A stretch of DNA of 64,000 bases, taken from positions 161,396 to 225,395 of the forward strand of contig NMRA01000016.1 in NCBI GenBank assembly GCA_002633005.1, in the 5' to 3' direction. Positions 40,101-52,400 of this stretch are shown piece by piece. Origin of the DNA: Phoronis australis. Lineage: Eukaryota; Animalia; Phoronida. Under the pieces are notes generated by a model, which saw only the letters and a program-made list of their open reading frames with translations, was not told where the DNA came from and searched no databases. Made by a program: the position numbers and the translations under genes. Position 1 is the first letter of the stretch. Each line of letters begins with the position of its first letter.

Positions 40101-41470
40101 TTTCGTAGCATTTATGCCTTACGGTCTCCGATTATTCCGTTATTTTCTCTCTTAAATTTTGACGACAAAGCCTGGGTCAGCATAATGGACTGAGTGCCTC
40201 AGTGTTCGACGACTATCAAAGTGCAAATATCGGCGTAGTCTTGAATATAACAAAGCCCTGTACGCCTATGTCGCGCCTATTTTTCATGTCGTAGGAACTT
40301 TCATCATGTATCCAACTGGTGTAGACACTTAAAATCAACGTTGTGGACGAAAATCGGTGTTTAGGACATTGGTATAAAGACCGTACACAAAAATGGAGTA
40401 TATGATCTTTGTGCGTATAAGTCCACTTGTGGACTGTGCAGCATATATAATGTGTGCATACGAGTTAGGACCTAGGTTACACAATTTGCTTTCAGTGGCA
40501 TAAGCCAAATGAGACACAGCTGTCTGGCGCAGATGGTTGATAGAGTGTGACACGATACTGAACGAGACATCCAGTCAAATCAAGTTTAATATATACATAT
40601 TGCATAAATAGCGTGATAGAGTGTGACACGATACTGAACGAGACATCTAGTCAAATCAAGTTTAATTACACATATTGCATAAATAGTGGTCTGGAGAAGT
40701 TTCGGGATGATTAATGCATGTTTGATTCCTGCGACTGAGAAGGGGGCTGGCAATGTCTACACCCCAGAACACACTCGAAAGCCTGCGATAGCTCCGGTCG
40801 GTGTTACAATCANGGAACTTTCATCATGTATCCAACTGGTGTAGACACTTAAAATCAACGTTGTGGACGAAAATCGGTGTTTAGGACATTGGTATAAAGA
40901 CCGTACACAAAAATGGAGTATATGATCTTTGTGCGTATAAGTCCACTTGTGGACTGTGCAGCATATATAATGTGTGCATACGAGTTAGGACCTAGGTTAC
41001 ACAATTTGCTTTCAGTGGCATAAGCCAAATGAGACACAGCTGTCTGGCGCAGATGGTTGATAGAGTGTGACACGATACTGAACGAGACATCCAGTCAAAT
41101 CAAGTTTAATTACACATATTGCATAAATAGTGGTCTGGAGAAGTTTCGGGATTAATGCATGTTTGATTCCTGCGACTGAGAAGGGGGCTGGCAATGTCTA
41201 CACCGCAGAACACACTCGAAAGCCTGTGATAGCTCCGGTCGGTGTTACAATCATTATTACCTGTTTTGCGAAGCGCGATTTCCCTACCAGTGGCGGTCCA
41301 CATATTGACACGAAACTAGACGACAATTTTATTTGGTTCTTGACGTCTTCTCTTTCACCCCTCCTTCCGACGAATACTTCTTCCCTCTCATGGTTCAAAC
41401 CGAAATCCTGTTTGAACTTGACCACACACTCTGACTCAGCCCCGCCGTGACAGTGTATGTCCTCCGACAT
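24750..41470 (-). CDS. STAND (NB-ARC-like) NTPase with C-terminal TPR repeats, 9 coding exons, 831 aa (NLR-like)
   Basis: Exons 41470-41261, 38172-37090, 34597-34441, 33974-33830, 33407-33301, 31774-31655, 30775-30629, 26776-26665 and 25164-24750 are joined by GT-AG introns with compatible phases (2496 nt including stop). Motifs: FVGR, Walker A GPPLVGKS, Walker B LLLLDNCD, IIATSR, CCGLP, winged helix, then TPRs such as ALNNLGLLYAKWGKYDKGLHY. Confidence 0.88.
26665..26776 (-). CDS. STAND-TPR exon 8 (TPR)
   Basis: Reads gcag|AC GAA GCA...TAC AA|gtaaga; phase 1 to 2; encodes DEALVYLREAKKVREQLCYEHQYTADVLYEMGKAY. Confidence 0.85.
27111..27340 (+). repeat. Dispersed repeat family B, copy 2
   Basis: Aligns by eye with 22638-22870 in direct orientation. 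Confidence 0.8.
28235..29270 (+). mobile_element. Non-autonomous repeat, left arm of a long inverted pair; includes a 200-bp single-N duplication (28273-28471 / 28577-28775)
   Basis: Matches the reverse complement of 29830-30550 along its length, for example caggctgttcacgtggcggatcacatcct and gacgtcgagtcgacattgacctacc. Contains internal tttatcccata/tatgggataa inverted motifs. Confidence 0.85.
29330..29800 (-). mobile_element. Degenerate LINE ORF2 C-terminal fragment
   Basis: Minus translation FVNNLKDKLINLAQNDIWHII..GRESVVLREHEYCELYLGSEIEDRNHNLCSSDTLQNLRR matches the LINE C-terminal GR...R.C..C...EDE.H.L..C....LR knuckle. Confidence 0.65.
29830..30550 (-). mobile_element. Non-autonomous repeat, right arm of the long inverted pair
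   Basis: Inverted copy of 28235-29270, roughly 80% identical by eye. Confidence 0.85.
30629..30775 (-). CDS. STAND-TPR exon 7 (TPR)
   Basis: Reads ttag|GG GGA AAG TAC...GCA G|gtacat; phase 1 to 1; encodes GKYDKGLHYAKTSLLLRRHYHKGPHSNICLTLVDLAYQL. Confidence 0.85.
31655..31774 (-). CDS. STAND-TPR exon 6 (TPR)
   Basis: Reads ccag|GT CAG TTC...AAA T|gtgagg; phase 1 to 1; encodes GQFQDAERHLKDALEMRKQLNPKNPAIAPALNNLGLLYAK. Confidence 0.88.
32994..33133 (+). mobile_element. MITE family A, copy 2
   Basis: Starts cgttcagtaacgctaggacct and ends aggtcctagcgttactgaacg, a perfect 21-bp TIR. Confidence 0.85.
33301..33407 (-). CDS. STAND-TPR exon 5 (TPR)
   Basis: Reads acag|G TGC TGT GAG...TTA G|gtgagt; phase 2 to 1; encodes CCEEAMDI..ITSVAGLSLNCLG. 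Confidence 0.82.
33830..33974 (-). CDS. STAND-TPR exon 4 (TPR)
   Basis: Reads ttag|GA ATG ACA...GTC AA|gtgagt; phase 1 to 2; encodes ELLVKKGFMLYKVGRFQESV. Confidence 0.82.
34441..34597 (-). CDS. STAND-TPR exon 3
   Basis: Reads ttag|GTT GGA AAA...CAT CGA G|gtaact; phase 0 to 1; encodes VGKEATFFLSLVAPYETIEFYKTCRDSAKRFG. Confidence 0.8.
35925..36040. repeat. Imperfect hairpin or mini-MITE
   Basis: The arm tctagagcc..gattttggagaatta pairs with taattctccaaaatc..ggctctaga. Confidence 0.65.
36615..36683 (+). other. tRNA-like (SINE head or pseudo-tRNA) fragment
   Basis: A-box-like TAGCTCAATGG followed by a degenerate B-box GGGTTCCCGCC; no clean cloverleaf. Confidence 0.3.
37090..38172 (-). CDS. 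STAND-TPR exon 2 (NTPase core, HD1 and winged helix)
   Basis: Reads acag|GTG TTT AAC...TAC AAG|gtaacc; 1083 nt; contains LLLLDNCD, IIATSR, CCGLPQVL, FMSGEFSAEAA and LFDRNLIE. Confidence 0.93.
40294..41253. repeat. Single-N duplication (40294-40812 / 40814-41253); the first copy carries an extra internal tandem repeat of about 76 bp
   Basis: N at 40813. The sequence gatagagtgtgacacgatactgaacgagacat occurs twice in copy 1 and once in copy 2. Confidence 0.85.
41261..41470 (-). CDS. STAND-TPR exon 1 (FVGR motif and Walker A)
   Basis: Encodes MSEDIH...EVFVGRRGEREDVKNQIKLSSSFVSICGPPLVGKSRFAKQ, then donor gtaata. The ATG is assumed; the frame stays open about 20 codons upstream. Confidence 0.85.
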
Positions 41471-42697
41471 GTCAAACGTTCGGTGATGACTTTTTCTTGG
41501 AGGCTTTTTTTCGGTAGGCCTACGTGTACTTTAGCCTAAGACCTTTCTCACGCGGAAATTCGTGTGAACGGTCTTTAAAACATAATCCTCACTATAGTGG
41601 AGTGTAGGTCTACAATATGTGCTATGCATACTATGCTGTAAAATGGGTCTCCAGACAGGAGTCATGATCTCCATGCGGAAATCCAACATGTAGTTTGCAC
41701 ATAACATAATTCACATTCTCACCCGGATGTTAATATGTCATTGATTTTTGCTTGTGTTGTAATGCAATACCGGCAACTGAAGGCCGAGCACAAACACAAT
41801 GAAGAGAATATGGGTCACACATTGTGATTTGTTTGACGTATTGTAGCATAGCATAGGACTGCGCTGACTGGAACTCGGCGAAGCTAACAAAAAAGCTATC
41901 TGAAAAGTGGTTCCGATATTTATATCACTTAGACTGAACGACAGAATCTAAGTCAGTCAACTGACATCTCAGTTTAGTGGGATCAACCACACCGTATTAC
42001 CTCTTTCGGTGAAATTTACAGGTGCACGAAACATCTTGAGTCATCATTCAGATAAGGTACCTATTGGTCCTAGGTACCTAATGGTTGTCCTCAAATACAG
42101 TACTCATCAGGCCACATCAATTGCGCGGGTAGCAGATCCGTACGTCTTGATGAGTTTTTGGACAGTTGTTTACGCTTTCTGGACCAATTGAATTGTGATG
42201 TTTTATAAAGGAATTGTATATTTTTTGCAGTAAAGACAGGTTCACCCAAAGGTAACGCAAACTAGGTAGAAAAAATGTAGTAACATCAGCTTGGTGCGGG
42301 AAAATTTACAGTCCAAAAATTGTACGATGACTCTTGGCTTACCTCAAAATTCACTGAACTGCTGCCTGGTGGTTTGGAAATCGGCCCAGTTATGTTGCAC
42401 ACCCAACACAATTAACGAGGAACATTAATTATTGCAGCAATAAACAAACGTTTTAGGTTGTAAAAGTCACACTTCTTGTCCAATTTTCAAAATTCAAAAA
42501 CCTAATAAGTGTGAATTTTCACGAACTATTCAAATATGCTACATGTATTTACAAAATTTAAAAACGAAAATTTAAACCTACTGGTGTCACCCCCAATGTG
42601 TTTATGAGGGTCTCATTATCTAGAAAAAGATAACATCAGGAGTCTGGGGCTATTTAATTAACCACAAAAGCTTGGTGTCTTTGATCTGAAACGACAG

Positions 42698-42862
42698 ATT
42701 TTTTATTGCTGCACAAATAAATGACAATACAATAAATGGAAATATTAGCCCAGAGAGCGAACCATTATATTTAGGCTTTTAATTATAAAACAATGATTTA
42801 CTTAAGCAAAACAAAATATTGAGTAAAAATACCAAAAGTAAAGAAAACAAAAAACAAGAACA
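42698..42862 (-). mobile_element. 5'-truncated LINE 3' tail, same family as 5930-6560
   Basis: Shares ttttattgc, cacaaataaatgacaatac, agccca, agcgaaccattatat and ataccaaaagtaaagaa with 5930-6095. Confidence 0.65.
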
Positions 42863-43454
42863 GCCGGCAGACTTTGTGGGGCACAAACCGGTCGAGTTGC
42901 CCAATCTCGACCGGTTAGGATCTCAACGTAGGATTCTTTTCATGGCTTGCCAGAATTCTGACATATCTGTGGAAATATTACGAGTGATATAAAGTTAGGT
43001 CAACTTTGAAATTTGCTTTAAGTATAATACAAAAATCAAATCTAACGGTAATGCAACAACTTAGGTCTAAATTACTGCAAAAATGGTATGCCGTATTTTG
43101 ATTCAGAAAACCGCCAGAATAATTTCTATGATGCCATCAATAAAACAGAATAGAAAATAAGTACGTTAACAACTTTCATTTTAAACAATAACTAAAAGAA
43201 TGTCTTCTGCTTCCGAATCATGAATGCCAGCAACCGACAACGCCCGTGAGAATGATTAAAATCAGCGTTTGGATCTTGTTTAGTTTCTTGAAAAAATATT
43301 CAAATCTTGTCACATCAAATAAGGACAAGAATCTTCAGAAACTGGTATTTAAGTGTTCAGAGATGCAAGTGTTTAGAAGGCTTCTTGTGACGGTCTCGTC
43401 AGCAGTTAACGTCATCTACAACTGATTTGTAAGCACATACAAGGTACCTAAACT

Positions 43455-43733
43455 ACACGGTCAACGTACTCATCAACACGGGCACGGACGCATGAACACG
43501 ACTCGCGGACCTGCAAACACCGTCCACTGACTCACAAACACGGGAACGGACTCACAAAACACGATCCACGCACCCAAATACATGGGACACGGACTCATAT
43601 TCAAGAGGAAACACGGTTAACGAACAAAATGAAGATGTCAGCTGTCCCAGGAAGCGGATGAGTCCGTTAACCGTGTTTCCTCGTGAATATGAGTCCGTGT
43701 CCCGTGTATTTGGGTGCGTGGATCGTGTTTTGT
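43455..43733. mobile_element. Foldback/MITE-like element with acacggactc subrepeats, truncated at the N at 43734
   Basis: 43553-43622 is a near-perfect reverse complement of 43666-43733. Confidence 0.75.
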
Positions 43734-46293
43734 NTATACCTCCTTGGGTGAATGCCTCATGGCTACAGAACTGTGCCTAATGTGTATAATTCGTCTGCGA
43801 TCTCGGCTCTCAAAAGTTCATAATACAAGTTTACTGCCGTGTAGTGTTGACTATTAGTGGAACGATGCCGTTCTTGGCACGGGCCAGGAAAGAGCCCCGA
43901 CTGCGTAGCTTTCTTTGCCTTGGTGCAAGCTGTATAGTAAATATACAGCGGTCGTTGCACCGGCGTGGGTAAAAGCTGATCAAATAAAATCTGTCACAAA
44001 ATTAGTGTCATTGAAAATTACACTCTTCCTTGAGTAAATAAATTATTGACTGGTGTTGAAAAAACTGGCGTTCTGCCGATCACTCTGCTGCTAAAATTTG
44101 GGTGTGCTCTTTAAGGTCGGCTTTCGGCAATAGGCTAACGAATTCAGACCCCTGGCCAGAGCCAGAGGAGCCCCCGATGCCGGATTAACGGTTAAGTTGT
44201 ATAAATGTTGTACCCCTAACATGATTGTTCAGGGTAACATACATGTATACATACAGACGATAGCTTTACCCGAACTTAAGTGATAACTTAACTCACCCGT
44301 GGTCGCAACTGACCAATTTCACCTCTCCCGACGATTACTTCCACTCGTCACCCATTTCATCTCCATTGTATTACCCGTATTTTCCATTGGACGTTCCGAT
44401 GCCCGAATTTTTTGTTTTGACCGATTTTTAAAATTTTTTGCCAAGAGTCTAGGGGTGCAATTGCCGCAAATCGCCATTTTGCCGAAGGGTCTAAATATAG
44501 TGCATATCAGAATACTTTGAAATCAGTGCATTGGCGGCAAGACTCATAAAGTTCTCTGTGGAGTCAACCATTTTAGACGCGTTTATTGGTAGATCTTGAC
44601 ACCATGTCGTCCACAGTTAAATTACGCGTTCCATTGGCTGTAGATGCTGCCTTCACCACTTTGCTGACTAGCACTGTCTGTCAATGCGTGATAAAACGAG
44701 GCTTTGTTACACAGTTTACCTCACATTTGTAAACTTGGCATTTACTGGAGACCCATACATTGAAACAGCCGGTGTTGTATTGCTAACTGATGTCCATGTG
44801 AAAAGCTTTATACTGCCTATGATTCATAAATTCCAACTGATAATTACCCGGGAACTTTCCCAGTTGTACTAGACAAGTCAAACCGCTGAACAATACGCCG
44901 CCGGACGCTATATTTTTCGTAACATATTTCCTTGTTTTTACACAGCTTGCAGTAAATATTTGCATTGGTTTAATTATATGTATGTTTTTGTACTTGCGTC
45001 AGGTTTTGCTTTCTCTATTCGACTGTTTTTATCCGACGGTATTTTCCAAGCCCGTTACTTCGTCTGCTATTTCTGTATAGGATTAGCGATTGGATTCTAC
45101 ACAAACTGCAATCACGTGTCTCCAGTTTAAATCTTTACATTTACAGTATGTTTGACCGCCACACACCAACCGCTTCCTTACATTGAGCTTGTTGCTGTAG
45201 TTCAATGTTTTGGTCGGATATCCACACGTTTTAATGTGTCATTTTACCCGATGTGAGTAAACGTAGTGTGTCAAGGCTTTCTGTGCCAATGACGCAATGC
45301 GCTGCTCTAAAAATATCCCTGACTTTAGATGCTAGCGTGACATTTTTACCCGTTTGCCACGTTCGCGTGGCGTTTTTTTTGCACGTTGCCACACTTAACA
45401 CGCGAAGGTGGCATTGTTTTACACGTTTGCTAGGTAACGTGTCATGTTTTTAGATGGCTTCCACGCTAGCGTGTCACATGTTTACATGGTTGCCAGTTTA
45501 CATGCTAGTGTGGCAATTATTCGGGTAACACAGATTCCACATTTCCCATAATTGCATGTTCAAGAGGGTGTAGCTCTAACCCATTGGTGTTTCATTTAAT
45601 TTAATAACATTCAACCTAACTCACTGTCATTGAAAGGACATCGTGGTTCTTTTGCGGTGTTTCCCCACAGTTGTGAAACACTCGCAACACGTCCTTAACG
45701 CCTGCCGGTTTCACAAATTTCCTAAGGAGTTTTAAAATTTGCTCCAAACCTTTCATTTTTTTGTTTGTTAATAATACTTGTACAGCAGTTATTATGTTTC
45801 TTGTACGTACTTCGTTGAAGTCGAATATTGCAGTGTAAGTTTTAATTATGCTTAGAAAAGCACAGTGTGAAATTAGAGAAATTACTTCAAAGTTTGCAGG
45901 GTAATGAATTTATTTTCCCTAAATCAAATAGATTACAGAGAAAGCATAGTGTACATGGCGTGATTTCTTTTCAATTTAGCAAAATCGCCAGCAGACGGTT
46001 TTCAATCACAGGCTGAATTCGGATTCCCAACATCCATATGAAATACACAACGCACGCAAAGAGAGTTTGTCCATACAAATTGACATAGTCTGTGTACAAG
46101 ATATATTTTGAGTGGATTGTACAGGACTGAAATTCGAAGCAGACAATTTTTGTAAAATGGAAAAAACATCACGCAACATTGCAAAAAATATGGAAACCAA
46201 AATAAACACTATTCCTCTAAGATTCCCCACTCAAAGTCCGATTTCAAATTCCGTAGCATGTAGCAGCAATTGGGTCTGTTGTCGAATTGATAC

Positions 46294-46442
46294 TTATATG
46301 GATGACTCAAACGCCACAGGAGGTCTACCCCGCCTGACGCTCTGAGCTGAAGTTGTTGTGGGCAACGATGGATAGTAATCACACTCTCGGCAGCTGCACT
46401 TTTCTATGTATGGATAATCGCGTTGAATGATGCTGCCATCCC
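46294..46442 (-). CDS. Mucin-like gene terminal exon (end of cystine knot, stop codon)
   Basis: Reads gcag|GG GAT GGC; encodes DGSIIQRDYPYIEKCSCRECDYY..ESSI then stop. Candidate minus-strand AATAAA at 45909-45914. Confidence 0.9.
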
Positions 46443-49400
46443 CTGCAAAAATCAAAACTTAATCAGTTCCTGATTCAATCAGCAATTTCCATGATTGTTA
46501 AACTGAACTGACGTCATGTATTATCATGATTAGAATTACCACAGAACTCCAGTTCCACGGAATTACAGTCAATCTTTGAAGCACGAGGAATAAAAACTCA
46601 GTAGGGATGGCATGTGTGTTGGCACCACAGGGGGTGGAAACGATTCTGTGGCCACATCTCTACATTCCAGCTATGATCCCTAAACCCCAGCAAACACCAA
46701 ACCCGCGATACAATTCTGTCCTAAACCATAACCAGTAACATCTACTGTTGGATGCCTAAATCTTGCCAGCAGTCGTCCATATGAAATACATTGGAAAAGA
46801 TAGCATTATAAGTCAGGGGAGATACTCATGCAATTTTCCAATAGCCTATTGCTATGTTAATATTTTTGCTAAAAGTTAGTCTTATTGGTGAAACTTTCTC
46901 CACGTCCCCTAAGGTTTAAAATTTGACTCATTCAGGTCTATGTGAACGATCGTCCGGAATACATGAGCACCTGTTTGCGGGGAAATTCATCATCGGATTT
47001 GCTGAAGCGATGAGCAGGAGTGCAGGTTGCTGATCCCAACTTCCTTCGATTTTTTGAAAAATTGTCCACGCTGGAGATGCAGTTGAAAATGGATACGCAT
47101 TCAGCGGTGCAGGATGAATTGTAAGCGAGTTTTTCATAAATTGTATTGCGAAGTAACTTGAACTCTGTTAAATAAACTTTAGAAACATTATGCTCATTTT
47201 CCAACATGGAATGATCCAATTAGTACTCAAAATTCTACACTTTTCGTCAGTAAGCAGGTGATAAGGTTACAATCTTCATGATTTTTTGTTTTTAACTCAG
47301 ACACATAGTATATCTGCGAACACAGTAGTGAACTTTTATGGTAGGCCAAGAGCAACACAAAGCCTACTTATTACAGTAATAATTTGAGATTTTTCCAGTA
47401 AAATAACTTTAGCCAATCAGAAGCCAGGAATAATTCTAGTTATAAATATTTATTACTGAAATAAATAAACCTATCAGATGTCACAAATAATTACAAAAAT
47501 AATCAATATTTCTTACTGGAATTTTTATTAATTACAGTAATAAGTATTTATTGCACTAATTATTTCTGGCTTCTGATTGGCTAAACAATTTTTGCAAGAA
47601 TAAATCACAATTACTGTAATTCGCAGATAAATGATTTTACCTGGTGACCCAACCCCATACCCCGGCACCAAACTTCAGCCCCAAACCGATAGGCTGGTAC
47701 TATTGCTGGAGTGAATTTATCAGGTATGTAACTTAATTCCCAAGTATGGGATATTCGGGATACCTGTGGATGGAATTAAGTAAGAGCGTTGGTATGTAAC
47801 TTGAACAGCAGGGTTGGTGTTTGCTAGTCCAAGACTTAGGGTTAGGGGATCATACTTGGAATTTAGTGTTGCGGTCATGGAATCATTTCCACCCTATGAT
47901 TTGCTGATTCTGTGTGCTTAAGTACTCAATGCAATAGAGCTCTAATTTCCATTTGATTAACAGCCCTGACTTACCACAAGTCAACTGGATGGTCTTCATA
48001 GAGAACTTTGAGGGCTTACAGCATGTACAATCTATGTCAAACATGGCCAGTGCAAAAGTGACATCAACCTTGGACGAACATGTCCCGCCGCATACATTGT
48101 ATGTGATCTCCTCAGAAGATGTGCAGTTGTCTACCTCGACCACACGAGTCTGCTCCCATGGTCTACAGGTATCATTCTTCTGCTCTGTAAGGCAAGAACA
48201 TATTGATACAGGCAGTTTGGATTAAGGCATTTGACAAGAGCTATGAAACAACAAAATCCTTCGCCTTTGTGATTTTATTACACATCGCCAATTCTCGCCA
48301 TTGTCAAAGAGGCATTCTCTGAAATTAAGGCCAGCGACTTTACCAGTTAAGTATGCATGAAATAACCAACAGTTCATTGGCTGCTGTTTAGCTCAGACAG
48401 CAGGCTGCAAGTACCTATCTGCACTGTGCCTGATCTCAGAAAAAATTCCTGTCTATACCACACAGTTGACACTGGTCCAGATTGTCCTAATCAGCAGGCT
48501 GCAAGTACCTATCTGCACTGTGCCTGATCTCAGAAAAAATTCCTGTCTATACCACACAGTTGACACTGGTCCAGATTGTCCTAATCAGTTGAAATTGCAA
48601 TGCCCAACTTTGCGATTAAAGTTGTCAGGAAGTTCTTGGTTCAAAACACCCATATTTTTTCAATGACATGAACAAAAATGTGTACTTCTTGCCAGTACAA
48701 ATACACAAACACCAGTCTCACCCTGTTCCTCAATACTCAACTACACTAGAAGTGATGTGTGGCTTCAGAAAAAAAAAACGGGCATTACAGTGTATGTAAT
48801 TAAGATTGAGAGAAACCATAGCTTGTGTAGATGACAATATGTACTGTGAATCTAAGGTTAATGTCATGGATTGATTTCGTAATTTAACGTAAGATGATTG
48901 ATGGTCATAAAAATAGATCAAAGCAATAACACAAAATTCACAACCAGTCATAGAAAATAAATGTGAAATACTACGGTAAAACCTCACCAATTTTGGAGGA
49001 AAATAGTGACTAAAATTGCACTGTTTCCATTTTTCAAAGGCCTCTAACAGTCTACATAATGACTACATTTTTTATTCAAAATATTGTCTGTTGGTAACAT
49101 AGCTTGATTATGGCAAAGCAATATTTTGGTATCATGTGTCATTTCTACCAAGTAAGAAAGTAAAATTTCACCTATCTGGCATATAGTGTCTGAAACTGGT
49201 GAGATTTTAGTAAAAATGAACTCGAACAAAATTTTTCAATACAAGGTACCGAACACTTAATTTCACGTCATCTTTCCAAATCATACCTTCACATTCGGTG
49301 TAATTCTCGTAACTCTCAAACTTCAGTCTGTTACCTAGACAGATGCCCTCTCTACAATTATCTGGGTCATCAAACACTTCATCACTCTGAAAGAACAAAC

Positions 49401-52400
49401 ATATTGCACAAATAATAAACTTGAAACTGGTTGTGATACTACAATTGTTGACTTTTCCATTATTAAAAGCCAACTATAAAATCCCGGAAGCAAATATAAA
49501 CTTGTTGACATGATCCCAGTGGTTCAACTGTCAACTAAATTCCACAGATTTCACTCGCAGCTGCTGGTACTTCTTTTCAAATGCAATGAGGGATGATTGC
49601 ATTCGTAGAATGCAGTGAACAGTCCTTTGCCGTGGCTCGTCTTTATTGTAACAGTACTTCTTATATGATGAGAAAGCCTTTGAGAAATTCTTGGGACCAG
49701 TCTGCTTCTATATACACATACACCTGACAACAAAGAAAACAATTCCTGTAGATTTTTATAGGGTATTTGCTCCTAAGAATGAAAACTTTCTCTGTAGATT
49801 CAAACCAACAAAGTTGCCAATTCATGGTCTGCCTTACATAATACACCAAAGCCTTTCCTAAAATGCCAGAAATAATTCCCACAAGCAGACACAAGAGTAT
49901 CACAGCACAGGTAGACATATAGGGTATCCCCACACAAGTAGACACAAGGTATCTTCGAACAAGACACAAGGTAACCCGCACAAGAAGATGCAGTGTATAA
50001 TTGTACAAGTAGACACAGGGTATCCGGGCACAAGCAGACATGGGGTATCCCTGGATCCACATATGAAGGCTGGTTGTAAAAAGGAAACATACAGAATGTA
50101 CGTGGCTTAGTAATACACGTTTACCTACCCTGTACCATTTTCCGTCGTAATGACATGGGCACTCCTGGGGGTCAGTGCATTTGCCATTGTAGACAACCTG
50201 ACCGAATGGACACTGGCAACCCTCGTGATCATCCTCGCTGCTGGACGGACACTCGGTGTCACCGCGAGCGATGTCCTCGCAAGTCTTCACACATGGACCT
50301 TTGACAGTGATCTTACCGGTCTCTTCACATTCTAAATTCAGAAATCAACAAGAAATCTAGTATACACTCCTCATACGAACTGGCATGCAACAGTTAGACT
50401 CAAATTTTGGCAAGACCCGGTTCATTGTAAATGGATCCGATATGATTTTGTAAAACCGAAAAAAAAATCAGGCCATTTTTAAGAGGTATGTCAAAATCTG
50501 ACGTGGATGCCAACCACCTGTGGGTGTACACCTTACTTAATTCAGTTAGATGACAACCAACCAATTGCATAGCTCCCGTGGTCAACAAAATATGGAGCCT
50601 ACATCAGTCTTTAGAAAAAGATTAGTGCCTGATGGAAACTCCGGGAATGTTAAAAACTTTCTTTTGCATTTCACATTGGTCTTGCATTGCGAATTACTAA
50701 AATTATAAAATTGCAAGCTGAGCATATTACCACTCAGACAAGCTGGCAACTCAGTCCCTCATTAATGTAAACTTGATTAAAAACATGACTGTACCTTCTG
50801 TTGGACAATTGCTTGATATACATTTGCTCATACTCTCTGCACAATTTCCGATCATCGGCTGTGCAGTTGTGGAGTAAATTGCCAGTAGACATCACACACA
50901 AACACATTAAGATAGTAGCTTTATTTCGCGAGCACATGTTTCATGGAGGAAGCAAAATAAACAGCGAAAGCAGGTAAAAGGGCATAAATGTGAATGTAAC
51001 ACACAATACGATGTACGATAGCCTAACGGGACAGCAGTCAGCCAGCGTGGGTGTTTCGATAGGACATCTGTTGCCTCGTTTGAGCAACTCACTGCACTGG
51101 CACAGCCGGGTCCATGATAGCTAGCAAGTAGCATCAGACTGTGTCTGTGTACCAATACTTGATGTTGGGCCTAGCCAGGTGGCCAATGTTTTGCTTTAGC
51201 GGATGGTGTTTTAATAAATGCAAAAACATTTCAAGCCCATTAAAATCCATCATTGTTTTTACCAACTGGTACATGATTGTACAGAGATAACCAGCGTTGC
51301 AGCTGTGAATAGTAATTTGCATATCGGTCGCTAAATGACTGCAGCCATAATAGTAATCGCCAACCTTTTTTGTTCATCCCACAATTAGATATCATGACTG
51401 GAAAACGGTATTTTGTCTGATTACCTTTGTACAGTATGTAACCCGAACACTTACTATGTGTTACACGCCCTAAAATCACTTGTCAGTCATGCATCCACAA
51501 GACCACATGAGCGATTAGAAAATGTTAACATTACAGTGCAATTTTCACGGAACTTTCAACAGTACCAACAGATTTAATTTTGTGCCCAGTTAAGCAATAT
51601 CTGCATTAGCAAGTATAACTTCACGACCATATATCATTGGATAACTGTGGACTAAAACTAGTGGTTTGACTAAATACCTGGTTTCTGAAGTTCAATTCCT
51701 CGGAAGAAAACAGGTAATAGGTCTAGTACTTTGATGTGAATTAAAAAACATAAAACATAAGTTAAATTAGATGTGATAAGTTTTAGTTCTTGACACGAAG
51801 CACCTTCTTTGGTTTCAGAGTAGTGACAGAATACTGACCTGCGAGTCATGATGCTCGACGAATGAATGTGGAAAAACTTAAAAATGGCTGTCTGATACCT
51901 CTATTTAGCTTAGATTTGGAAACTGAAGTGTTGTCGTCTGCAGTTGAAACCAAATGGGAGGCAGGCTTTTGTTAGTCTTTCTGAAAGGTACAGTGACCTG
52001 TTTACGGGTATGCTATATGTAGAGCTTGCCTTGTTTTCCGTGCATGTGTTTTAGACACTAAATACAACTACAAATAGAAAGCAAATCTTACTAAGATTGA
52101 AACATCCCAACACATCCAGGTTGAAACCAACAGGCAAGCGATCCACATCCTTTGTAGGAGATAACTTCAAGGTTTTAGCGACAAACTGGTTGCGGAAGAT
52201 CACACGCATAACTTCACCATTAGAAACGTCCAATTCCTACAAGTCATAGTGAGATGAACCTCATTAATTGAGTGACAAGTACCAACCTGCAATACAACAG
52301 CGTCAGCTATGTTTCACTGCATTTATCCACATCTCTGCACTGATGTCAGCCACCTAACAGTATTTTCGCACCAAAGATGATCCACAAGTTTCTTTCTATT

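Noticed and set aside
49661-50128. Cys-rich extension of the 209-aa ORF beyond the TIL exon
   Set aside because: It is read-through into an intronic minisatellite after the donor at 50128.
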